In this document: in pieces, positions 9,077 through 17,566 of the stretch
Layout of the letters: every line of letters starts with the position of its first letter
Position numbering within the stretch: position 1 is the first letter of the stretch
DNA from: Tubiluchus corallicola
Lineage: Eukaryota; Animalia; Priapulida
Assembly: GCA_030141605.1 (NCBI GenBank)
Contig: JAQGDQ010002411.1
Span: forward strand, 6,021 to 70,020
DNA: 64,000 nt
Direction: 5' to 3'
The notes under the pieces: generated by a model
What the model was told of the DNA's origin: nothing
The model's database searches: none
The model's input: only the letters and a program-made list of their open reading frames with translations
Program-made: the position numbers and the translations under genes

Positions 9077-10624
9077 TTATACTTTAGTTTCATTGTAAGT
9101 TTGCTTGATTTTGTGTTTAGGTCTTGATAAATCAAATATGGTTTTTACAGGGTTAAATGTAGTAATGGGCACTTCTACGAATACGGTATTCCAATTTGCC
9201 ATAGCACCATTCCACAAACCCGGTAATTCCTGTGCTTTCAATGTATGCCCTTTATATGTTTTCTTTGCAATAAAACCCGTTTGTGGATCAATATATTGGT
9301 CTAAGTTAAATTTTTTTCCTTTATAATTTTTTGTAGCCAATACCAAATCTACAGGATTGAAATGTGTGGCCTTCTTCAAAATTCTCACTTGTTGTTCATT
9401 ATTCATATCTACCTGTGAGCTTTCTACTACCTGTAGCGAAATATTTCCGCTGTTGTCTGACACCCAAAAAGGCCCCCCGCCTGGCTCACCTTCATTTTTC
9501 ACCATACCGCATACTCTAATGGGACGGTCTAGCACTTCACAAAGATATGCTATCTGTTGCTGTAAATCACCTTTTTTTATAATTTTAGGCATAGTTACAC
9601 ATAATTTTTGTTCTATGCAAGAAGTTATATTTTGTATGTTTTCTTTCGTATGATTAGTAGGGTTGTCAAGTAGTGTCAAATAATTAAATACCTCTCTTTG
9701 ATATTGTAAGAGTACTCCTGCTAATGTTTTTTTATAGTTGGCAATATTCTGCACATTATCTTCAGGCGATACATTATCTATATTTTTTATAAAAAGAATG
9801 TCAGCCTCCAAGTTATTTACATTGGAAATTAACGCTCCGTGTCCTGCAGGGCGAAAAACAATTTCACCCGTTTCGTCTTTAAAAGGTTTATTATCCATAT
9901 CTACTGCTACAGTATCTGTTTGTGGAGCTTGTTCAGAAAAAGTAATGTCATAGTTCACGCCGTATTCTTTTTCATAAAAGGCTTGTACTTTTTGTAGTTT
10001 GTGTTGAAACAATTTCCTATGTGCAGGTGATATAGTGAAATGTAAAGCTGCGCAGCCCTTATCATTTTTAGCATATTTTGCTCCTTCTATCAAATGTTCT
10101 TCTATGGCTGTGCGGGTAAAGTTTGTATATTTATGAAACTGCAATAATCCTTTAGGCAATCCTCCGTAGTTCAATCCAGCTTCTGTAAGCAAATATTTCA
10201 AAATTTCTTTATGCTCTTTGTCGTTTAGGGCTTGTTGTAGGTTTTTGCCTATTTGTTGAAATACTTTTTCTAAATCGTCATAAAAAGCATATTCTTTTAT
10301 TTCATCAAAAAAAAGTTTTATCGTTTCGTCTTCTTCACCCGTTTCAAAACAATGGAATAATTTTTTAAACATCCGCGAAGCAGCTCCTGATGCAGGTGTG
10401 AATTTTATTATTTGAAGTTTATCATTTACTACTGTTTCTTCATATAGTTTAATGTAATGTTGTTGTTGATTTTCATTTATCTGTAACACACCATTCCCCA
10501 CAGTAGCAGCCTTTAGAAGGTTAATATAAGGAAAGCCTTGTCTAAAGTTTTTTATCTGTTGTTCTATCTTTTTTACGTCTATGCCTTTGTTTTTTATTTG
10601 TTGTTTTTCTTCTGTAGTTAGCAT
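9077..10624 (-). CDS. DUF4301 family protein (UDP-sugar pyrophosphorylase-like)
   Basis: PASGAASRMFK, FRPAGHGALI, FIKNIDNV, GMVKNEGEPGGGPFWV, ELPGLWNGAMA. Confidence 0.9.
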   Translation of the reverse strand: MLTTEEKQQIKNKGIDVKKIEQQIKNFRQGFPYINLLKAATVGNGVLQINENQQQHYIKLYEETVVNDKLQIIKFTPASGAASRMFKKLFHCFETGEEDETIKLFFDEIKEYAFYDDLEKVFQQIGKNLQQALNDKEHKEILKYLLTEAGLNYGGLPKGLLQFHKYTNFTRTAIEEHLIEGAKYAKNDKGCAALHFTISPAHRKLFQHKLQKVQAFYEKEYGVNYDITFSEQAPQTDTVAVDMDNKPFKDETGEIVFRPAGHGALISNVNNLEADILFIKNIDNVSPEDNVQNIANYKKTLAGVLLQYQREVFNYLTLLDNPTNHTKENIQNITSCIEQKLCVTMPKIIKKGDLQQQIAYLCEVLDRPIRVCGMVKNEGEPGGGPFWVSDNSGNISLQVVESSQVDMNNEQQVRILKKATHFNPVDLVLATKNYKGKKFNLDQYIDPQTGFIAKKTYKGHTLKAQELPGLWNGAMANWNTVFVEVPITTFNPVKTIFDLSRPKHKIKQTYNETKV

Positions 10625-10653
10625 ATTTTACCTTTCTTTATTTTGCAATATGA

Positions 10654-10661
10654 CAAAAATA
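10654..10661 (-). promoter_or_regulatory. -7 promoter element (TATTTTTG) for the DUF4301-TPR-comA operon
   Basis: TAnnTTTG match 29 nt upstream of the ATG. Confidence 0.55.
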
Positions 10662-10874
10662 ATGAATAATAATATAATCACACACAAAAAAGTTATTAAC
10701 AATCAAATGTTTTTATGAATGAACGGTAATGTAGTGTAAAGAAAATGAATATTAAAATATTATGGTGATAGTTATATTAGTTTTTATAATGATTGTTTTA
10801 CACATATTGAGCTTTGTGGTTGTTTACTACCTTAGTAGGACTAAGAGCTAGGGGGGACGGTTTTTTGTCTAAGA

Positions 10875-10919
10875 TTTTATACTCACAAAGATATAATATC
10901 TATCTTTGTGAGTATAAAA
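10875..10919. promoter_or_regulatory. Perfect 19-bp inverted repeat containing two divergent TATCTTTG -7 boxes, upstream of sod
   Basis: TTTTATACTCACAAAGATA-taatatc-TATCTTTGTGAGTATAAAA. Confidence 0.7.
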
Positions 10920-10953
10920 AGAATAGGATTATTAATTTTTAAAACCAAATATT

Positions 10954-11565
10954 ATGAATGTTATACTACCTCAGCTACCATATAGTTTGGAAGCTTTAGA
11001 GCCTTATATTAGCAGGCAAACCTTAGAATTTCATTATGGGAAACACCATCAAGCTTATGTTACCAATCTTAATAAATTGATTGAGGGAACAGAGTTTGCT
11101 GGCAAAAACTTAGAAAGTATAGTAAAGACTTCGCAAGGAGGAATTTTTAATAATGCAGCACAGATATGGAATCATACTTTTTATTTTGAATCATTTTCGC
11201 CTAATGGAGGAGGGCAGCCCAAAAACAAATTAGAAGAGCAGATAAACAAGGATTTTGGCTCGTTTAATCAGTTTAAGACGCAGTTTTCAACAGCGGCTGC
11301 TACCTTGTTTGGCTCAGGTTGGGCGTGGTTGGTAGAAAGAAATGGCAAGCTCGAAATTATCCAAGAAAGTAATGCAGGAACACCTCTTACAAAAGGTTTA
11401 AAGCCAATAATGACAATAGATGTATGGGAACATGCTTACTATTTAGACCAGCAGAACTTACGTCCTGCATATATAGAGGCACTGTGGAATATCTTTGATT
11501 GGGATGTAATCTGTAAAAGATTATGTGAAGGCAATGATAAACATTGTGATTGTCATAGTAAATAA
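10954..11565 (+). CDS. sodB: Fe/Mn superoxide dismutase (Fe or cambialistic type)
   Basis: HYGKHHQAYV, FNNAAQIWNHTFYF, FGSGWAWL, DVWEHAYY. Confidence 0.95.
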   Translation: MNVILPQLPYSLEALEPYISRQTLEFHYGKHHQAYVTNLNKLIEGTEFAGKNLESIVKTSQGGIFNNAAQIWNHTFYFESFSPNGGGQPKNKLEEQINKDFGSFNQFKTQFSTAAATLFGSGWAWLVERNGKLEIIQESNAGTPLTKGLKPIMTIDVWEHAYYLDQQNLRPAYIEALWNIFDWDVICKRLCEGNDKHCDCHSK

Positions 11566-11587
11566 AAGATACTTATATATATTGTAT

Positions 11588-11622
11588 AAAAGCCTGCATT
11601 ATAAAAATGCAGGCTTTTTTTT
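11588..11622 (+). terminator. Intrinsic terminator after sod
   Basis: AAAAGCCTGCATT/AATGCAGGCTTTT stem followed by a T-tract. Confidence 0.88.
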
Positions 11623-11747
11623 GAATATTCGCAAATTAAATTTAGACAAATAACAATATTTTTATAGAATATACGTATATCTATGTAATTGTTTTAACAG
11701 TGTAACTTAATAGTTTTTACTTAAATCAACCTAAACCTAAAAATATT

Positions 11748-12539
11748 ATGAAAAAAATTAATTATCTTTTCTTAAGTTTCTTTTTTGTTTTTGCTCTTGT
11801 TTCTTGTGAAGAAACTGAGGAAGAAGAAGTATTAGTTGAGAACAGAGGAGGCAAAGTAATATTTAGTGCTCAGTCAGTAAAACAAAAAAGTACAGAGCCC
11901 ACACCAGAAGACATTACTCATACTATTATTACATTAGAAAATAGTAAAGGAGAGGCAGTATATTATGCCCAAAAATTGCCCGTGTATAATTTTAATAGCA
12001 GTTTTATCTCTGAACCTATCTCATTAGATACAGGAGAATACAAACTTACAGAATTTTTGTTGACAGATGAAAAAGGCAAAGTGCTGTACGTATCTCCTAA
12101 GGAAGGAAGTGAAATGGGAGAGATGGCTGAAAATCCTTTGGCAATCCCTTTCTCTGTAAAAGAGAATGAAAATACTCAAATAGTCCCAGAAGTGTTAAGT
12201 GTAACAGGTAGAACCCCAGATAACTTTGGTTATGTTGCATTCGGTTTCGAAGTGGTAGAAACAATAGAGTTTTTAATAAATGCTTCTATTTATAATACAA
12301 AAAAAGGAGTCTTTGAGTTAACAAAAGCTAGAATAGAGGTAAAAGTAGAAGGAAAAAGACTTCATAGAGAAAGTTTATCTGCTGAGACCAATTATATAGA
12401 AATAAAAGGATGCTACGAAGAATATGAAATAAAAGTTAGTAAATCAGGATATAAAACATATAAGGAGTTTTTTAGCGAAGAAGAATTGAAAAATTATCTT
12501 AATGAACCTATTGAAGTATTGTTGAACAAAAAGAAATAA
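11748..12539 (+). CDS. Surface lipoprotein, paralog 1 of 3 (unknown function)
   Basis: Lipobox LVSC followed by an acidic export signal (EETEEEE). Shares EPISL.GEYKLTE.LL.D..G.VLY..PK.GSEM...NPL...PEV...P..FGY with the two downstream genes. Confidence 0.85.
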   Translation: MKKINYLFLSFFFVFALVSCEETEEEEVLVENRGGKVIFSAQSVKQKSTEPTPEDITHTIITLENSKGEAVYYAQKLPVYNFNSSFISEPISLDTGEYKLTEFLLTDEKGKVLYVSPKEGSEMGEMAENPLAIPFSVKENENTQIVPEVLSVTGRTPDNFGYVAFGFEVVETIEFLINASIYNTKKGVFELTKARIEVKVEGKRLHRESLSAETNYIEIKGCYEEYEIKVSKSGYKTYKEFFSEEELKNYLNEPIEVLLNKKK

Positions 12540-12682
12540 CTACTTATAGGTGATTAAGAAAAAATTAGCCTTTTGCTTGTTTAGTTTTTTGATTAAAAGC
12601 ATTTTTTAAATTTAAACTTGTGAAACACTAATTTTACAGTTGAATATTATTTTATTATTATTTATTTAAAACCTAAATTGTT

Positions 12683-13465
12683 ATGAAAAGGATTAGTTTT
12701 ATTATTTTAAGTGTTTTTCTTATTACTGTTTCTTGTGAAAAAAATGAGGAAAAATATGAAACATATGAAGAAAATGTTCCAGTAACATTTGCTTTTCAAA
12801 AAATAGATGCCAAAAGCAGTGAGCAGACGAGTGTAGATGATATTTCTATGGCTATCATTACTGTAGAAAATAGTCAGGGAGAGGTGGAGTATGAAAACTA
12901 TCAATTAATAATGTACAAATTTGGAAACAACTTTACCACTGAACCTATTTCATTAAAAGAAGGAAAATATAAGCTTACAGAATACTTGTTGGCAGATTCT
13001 AAAGGTATTGTGTTGTATGCAACTCCTAAGTTGGGTTCTGAAATGGCAAAGTTTGTAAATAATCCATTGTCTATTATTTTTGATGTGAAAGAGGATAAAA
13101 CGAATAATGTGGTTCCAGAAGTAATAAGGGTAGAAGAAAAAAAGCCAGAGGATTTTGGCTATGCTACATTTAGTTTTGACTTAGTAGAAATAATAGATTT
13201 CTTGATAAGTGCTTTTGCTTATGATAGTAGAGATAATAGTTTTCAATTGACAAATGCTGAGTTAAAAGTAGATGCTGGAAATGAGGAGATGCACAAAGGA
13301 GCAATATCAGCACAAACTAACCATATAAAAGTAAAAGGTGGCAGAGATACATATGAAATAAGCGTGAGCAAATCGAATTATAAAACCTACAACGAAACTT
13401 TTAGTGCAGAAGAATTAAAAAATCATTTTACTAACCCAATAGAAGCGTTATTGGAGGAAAAATAA
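12683..13465 (+). CDS. Surface lipoprotein, paralog 2 of 3
   Basis: Lipobox TVSC. Near-identical to 13530..14390 over most of its length. Confidence 0.88.
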   Translation: MKRISFIILSVFLITVSCEKNEEKYETYEENVPVTFAFQKIDAKSSEQTSVDDISMAIITVENSQGEVEYENYQLIMYKFGNNFTTEPISLKEGKYKLTEYLLADSKGIVLYATPKLGSEMAKFVNNPLSIIFDVKEDKTNNVVPEVIRVEEKKPEDFGYATFSFDLVEIIDFLISAFAYDSRDNSFQLTNAELKVDAGNEEMHKGAISAQTNHIKVKGGRDTYEISVSKSNYKTYNETFSAEELKNHFTNPIEALLEEK

Positions 13466-13529
13466 TAATTTGATACTTATTATAAGTTGAAAAAGGAGAT
13501 ATTATTTTTTATTTAAAACCTAAATTGTT

Positions 13530-14390
13530 ATGAAAAAGATTAGTTTTATTATTTTAAGTGTTTTCCTTATTACTGTTTCTTGTAAAAAGAATAGGGGAGT
13601 ATATCAGGTATCTAAACAAGAAGAAAATATTCCAGTAACATTTGCTTTTCAAAAAGTAACTGCTAAAAGCGATGGCCAGATAAGTATAAATAATGTTTCT
13701 ATGGCTATCATTACTGTAGAAAATAGTCAGGGAGAGGTGGAGTATGAAGACTACCAATTAATAATGTACAAATTTGGAAGCAACTTTACCTCCGAGCCTA
13801 TTTCATTAAAAGAAGGAGAGTATAAGCTTACAGAATACCTGTTGGCAGATTCTAAAGGTAATATATTGTATGCAACTCCTAAGTTGGGTTCTGAAATGGC
13901 AAAATTTGTAAATAATCCATTGTCTATTGTTTTTAATGTGGAGGAGGATAAAACAAATAATGTGGTTCCAGAGGTAATAAGGGTAGAAGAAAAAGAGCCA
14001 GAGGATTTTGGCTATGCTACATTTAGTTTTAGCTTAGTAGAAATAATAGATTTCTTGATAAGTGCTTTTGCTTATGATAGCGGTACTAAGAATTTTCAAT
14101 TGACAAGTGCTGAGTTAAAAGTAGATGCTGGAAATGAGGAGATGCACAAAGGAGCAATATCAGCACAGACTAACCATATAAAAGTAAAAGGCGGCAAAGA
14201 CACATATGAAATAAGTGTGAGCAAATCAGATTATGAAACTTATAAGAAAACTTTTAGTGCAGAAGAATTAAAAAGTCATTTTACTAATCCAATAGAAGCG
14301 TTATTAGGGGAAGGTGAAAAGAACGATGATGATGACGATGATGATGATGACGATGATGATGACGACGATGATGATGACGATGATGATTAG
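13530..14390 (+). CDS. Surface lipoprotein, paralog 3 of 3, with C-terminal poly-Asp tail
   Basis: Lipobox TVSC. Recent duplicate of paralog 2. Ends in 21 consecutive Asp. Confidence 0.88.
   Translation: MKKISFIILSVFLITVSCKKNRGVYQVSKQEENIPVTFAFQKVTAKSDGQISINNVSMAIITVENSQGEVEYEDYQLIMYKFGSNFTSEPISLKEGEYKLTEYLLADSKGNILYATPKLGSEMAKFVNNPLSIVFNVEEDKTNNVVPEVIRVEEKEPEDFGYATFSFSLVEIIDFLISAFAYDSGTKNFQLTSAELKVDAGNEEMHKGAISAQTNHIKVKGGKDTYEISVSKSDYETYKKTFSAEELKSHFTNPIEALLGEGEKNDDDDDDDDDDDDDDDDDDDDD
14325..14387 (+). repeat. (GAY)21 trinucleotide repeat encoding poly-Asp
   Basis: 21 GAT/GAC codons directly before the TAG stop. Confidence 0.95.
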
Positions 14391-14408
14391 CAGCTTAATA
14401 CTATAATG

Positions 14409-14459
14409 AACGAAAAAAGGGAATAAGTCAATCAAAGACTTATTCCCTTTTTTCGTTTT
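14409..14459 (+). terminator. Intrinsic (likely bidirectional) terminator after the lipoprotein trio
   Basis: Perfect 21-bp inverted repeat AACGAAAAAAGGGAATAAGTC/GACTTATTCCCTTTTTTCGTT. Confidence 0.88.
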
Positions 14460-14479
14460 CATTATCTCACTAAAAAAAC

Positions 14480-14487
14480 TACCTTTG
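14480..14487 (+). promoter_or_regulatory. -7 promoter element (TACCTTTG) for the GT4 gene
   Basis: TAnnTTTG followed by CAC, 16 nt before the ATG. Confidence 0.7.
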
Positions 14488-14503
14488 CACAAAGTAATAA
14501 CGA

Positions 14504-15811
14504 ATGAAAAGAAGGGTATTAATCGTAGCTTATTATTTCCCACCTTTGGGAGGCTCAGGTGTGCAACGTTGGTTAAAGTTTGTGAAATATTTACGTGAAT
14601 TTGACTACGAACCCATAGTTTATACTCCTAAAAATCCTGATTTTACTTTGCGGGATGAAACCTTGCAACAAGACCTTCCCAAAGATATTGAGGTGATAAG
14701 GAGGCCTATTTGGGAGCCATATAAGTTGTGGAGGTTATTTAGCCGCCCCTCCAAATCGGCACAAGCAAATATAGGCTTTGTAAACGAGGGTAAAAAAATG
14801 GGGTGGACAAAACGTTTGTCTATATTTATACGAGGTAATTTTTTCATCCCTGATCCACGGGTATTTTGGGTAAAACCATCTGTAAGATTTTTGTCAAAAT
14901 ATTTAAAAAAACATCCAGTAGATTGTATAATTACTACGGGACCCCCTCATAGCATGCACTTGATAGGTTTGTATCTCAAACTACGTAAGAAGGTGAATAC
15001 TCCTTGGATAGCGGATTTTCGCGACCAATGGACAAAAATGGATTATTATTCGGAAATGAAACTAACAGGTTGGGCGGATAAGAAGCATAGAAAGTTAGAA
15101 AAGAAAGTATTAGAAAATGCAGATAAAGTAATTGCTGTAAGTGAAGGAATAAAAGAAGAGTTTGAAGAATTAGGAGCAAAAAATATAACTGTGATTACTA
15201 ATGGTTTTGACAATGATGATATGGGTGAGATGAAAATATTACTGGATAGGAAGTTTACTGTTGCCTATATTGGTATTTTTATGCATTCTCAAAATTCACA
15301 GATTTTGTGGGAGGCTTTATCAGAATTGGTGAATGAAAATAAAGAATTCTCCAAAAAGTTTGAATTAAAAATAGTTGGAAAGACACATATACCTGTGATG
15401 GAAAGTATCCAAAAGTATGGTTTAGAAAATTATGTAAATAATTTAGGATATATGTCCCACAATGAGGCAATAAAGCATCAAAAAAATTCACAAGTGTTAT
15501 TGCTTATTATAAATCAATATAAAAATAATAAGAGTAGGCTCCCTGGGAAACTATTTGAGTATTTAGCATCAGGAAGACCTATTTTGATGATGGGCAGTAA
15601 AGAGACAAATGCTGCTAAAATTATAAGAGAAACAAATACTGGTTTTATTGTGGATTTCGATGATAAGGAAGGCGTTAAAAGAAATATTTTGAATTGTTTT
15701 TCTTTGTATAAGGAGAGTAAGTTAGTTGTGAAAGCAAAAGGGGTAGAGCAGTATTCTCGAAAAAATCTTACAGGTAAATTGGTTGAAGAATTGAATAAGT
15801 TATTAAATTAA
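14504..15811 (+). CDS. Glycosyltransferase family 4
   Basis: YYFPPLGGSGVQRWLKFVKYL, TTGPPHSMHLIG, WIADFRDQW, PGKLFEYLASGRPI. Confidence 0.9.
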   Translation: MKRRVLIVAYYFPPLGGSGVQRWLKFVKYLREFDYEPIVYTPKNPDFTLRDETLQQDLPKDIEVIRRPIWEPYKLWRLFSRPSKSAQANIGFVNEGKKMGWTKRLSIFIRGNFFIPDPRVFWVKPSVRFLSKYLKKHPVDCIITTGPPHSMHLIGLYLKLRKKVNTPWIADFRDQWTKMDYYSEMKLTGWADKKHRKLEKKVLENADKVIAVSEGIKEEFEELGAKNITVITNGFDNDDMGEMKILLDRKFTVAYIGIFMHSQNSQILWEALSELVNENKEFSKKFELKIVGKTHIPVMESIQKYGLENYVNNLGYMSHNEAIKHQKNSQVLLLIINQYKNNKSRLPGKLFEYLASGRPILMMGSKETNAAKIIRETNTGFIVDFDDKEGVKRNILNCFSLYKESKLVVKAKGVEQYSRKNLTGKLVEELNKLLN

Positions 15812-15822
15812 GGTGTTTTGTT

Positions 15823-16764
15823 TCATTCGTGTTTTTTTACAAATGGGTGATAGTCCTCTTTTGTCCTTGTAGGCTTCATATTCCTAATTTTGTGTACTAC
15901 TTCTACACTATGTTTTGTATCAGTTAGTGCAAACCCATTGTTATTAAGTATTTCTTGGTAACTACGTGTATGCAAATCTGTAAAGCCACCACTAAATTCT
16001 ATCTCTTTATTGTTGATAGTGATAGAACGGTAAGTTCGTTGGTTGTGTTCTTTTATATGCGTGGTAATGTCGTTGTAGTCTAAGGATAAATACCACCTTA
16101 CTCTTGCTCTTTTTAGTAATAAGAAGCCGGAAGCTTTGTTAAATTCTGAAATATGCACTATATTTTTTACAGGCTCTCCAAATATCCACATCAGCATATC
16201 AAAAAAGTGTATGCCTATGTTGGTAGCAATACTTCCTGATTTTTCTATATCTGCTTTCCAACTTCTGAAATACCAATGACCTCTTGAAGTAACATAAGTA
16301 AGGTCTATATCATAGATTTTATCATTGTTTTGTTCTATTTCTTCTTTCAGTGCTATGATTCTTGGATGTAGTCTTAATTGTAGTATGGTATTTACTTTTT
16401 TGCCTGTGTCTTTTTCTATGTCCATTAAGGCATCAACATTCCAGGGGTTAAGCACAAGAGGTTTTTCGCAGATGGCATCAGCTTGTGAGCGAAGAGCAAA
16501 GCGTATGTGCGAATCGTGTAAGTAGTTAGGAGAACAGATACTGACGTAATCTATTTTTTTATTGGAATGTTGTAATTTGCTTACGTGTCTGTCAAATCTC
16601 TCAAATTCTGTAAACAGGTCAGCATTAGGGTAAAAACTATCTATAATGCCTACGCTGTCTGATTTGTCTAAGATGGCAACAAGATTGTTGTTCGTTTCTT
16701 TAATGGCTTGCATATGTCGGGGAGCTATATAGCCTGCTGCCCCTATGAGTGCGAAGTTTTTCAT
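15823..16764 (-). CDS. wbpB: UDP-GlcNAcA 3-dehydrogenase (WbpB-like, Gfo/Idh/MocA family)
   Basis: FALIGAAGYIAPRH, ICSPNYLHDSH, ICEKPLVLNPWN, ATNIGIHFFD, EFSGGFTDLH. Confidence 0.88.
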   Translation of the reverse strand: MKNFALIGAAGYIAPRHMQAIKETNNNLVAILDKSDSVGIIDSFYPNADLFTEFERFDRHVSKLQHSNKKIDYVSICSPNYLHDSHIRFALRSQADAICEKPLVLNPWNVDALMDIEKDTGKKVNTILQLRLHPRIIALKEEIEQNNDKIYDIDLTYVTSRGHWYFRSWKADIEKSGSIATNIGIHFFDMLMWIFGEPVKNIVHISEFNKASGFLLLKRARVRWYLSLDYNDITTHIKEHNQRTYRSITINNKEIEFSGGFTDLHTRSYQEILNNNGFALTDTKHSVEVVHKIRNMKPTRTKEDYHPFVKKHE

Positions 16765-16776
16765 CTGTATGAGTTG

Positions 16777-17493
16777 TTAAAAGAGCTTGTTATAATTTTT
16801 AATATTGTAAATGGAAGGTGATTTTAGTCTTAATTTTTCAAATTTATTTAACATCATAATTTCTTTGTGGTGTGGCATTCGTTTCTTTGGAGTGTAAATG
16901 TTATTGGATAGGTCTTCAAAGTTTTCTATCTTTTGTGCTTTTTCAATAGAGTTTACCAACATATTGATTTCAGTATTATAAACTCTTAAAGAAAGGCTAT
17001 GAAAACTGTCTTCGTAAAAAATTGGCACTTCTTTTTTTTCTATTAAAAGTCCTTCATCTGTTTCTGCTGATATAAAATGAGTTGTAACACCTATTTTTTG
17101 TTCGTTATAGATAGCCCATTTTAATGCGTCTAAGCCTTTAACATAGGGCAAGTATCCGGGATGGGAGTTTATTATTTTTTTGTTTTTAACAACTTTTTCG
17201 GGTAGAATACCTGCTCCCGCAATGAGAGTGCTATCGAAGACGCTGGTGTTGAAAAAGTCTTCTAATTCATCTTTGCTAATAGTGATGAGTTTAAAGTTTA
17301 GGATTTTACATATTTGTGATAAAGATATATTGGAAGTATAAGAAGGTCTGTGTTGAAAAAGAGGAATAAAGTTTTTTCTGTTTATCCAAGGGGTTGCGAT
17401 AACACACACTTTATAATCAGTTTCAAGTTTTAATTTGAGTAATAAATCTTGAGTTTTTTTGTGCGTAGTATTGTAAGTTATAACAGCTATCAT
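16777..17493 (-). CDS. Formyltransferase-family protein
   Basis: INSHPGYLP and GVTTHFISAETDEG motifs of N10-formyl-THF-dependent transferases. Confidence 0.82.
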   Translation of the reverse strand: MIAVITYNTTHKKTQDLLLKLKLETDYKVCVIATPWINRKNFIPLFQHRPSYTSNISLSQICKILNFKLITISKDELEDFFNTSVFDSTLIAGAGILPEKVVKNKKIINSHPGYLPYVKGLDALKWAIYNEQKIGVTTHFISAETDEGLLIEKKEVPIFYEDSFHSLSLRVYNTEINMLVNSIEKAQKIENFEDLSNNIYTPKKRMPHHKEIMMLNKFEKLRLKSPSIYNIKNYNKLF

Positions 17494-17566
17494 AAAATTA
17501 TATTTTATAGTTTTTTGTAGAATGTGTAGGAGAGATAAATGGTTTCATGGAATTTTATTTTTGGAT

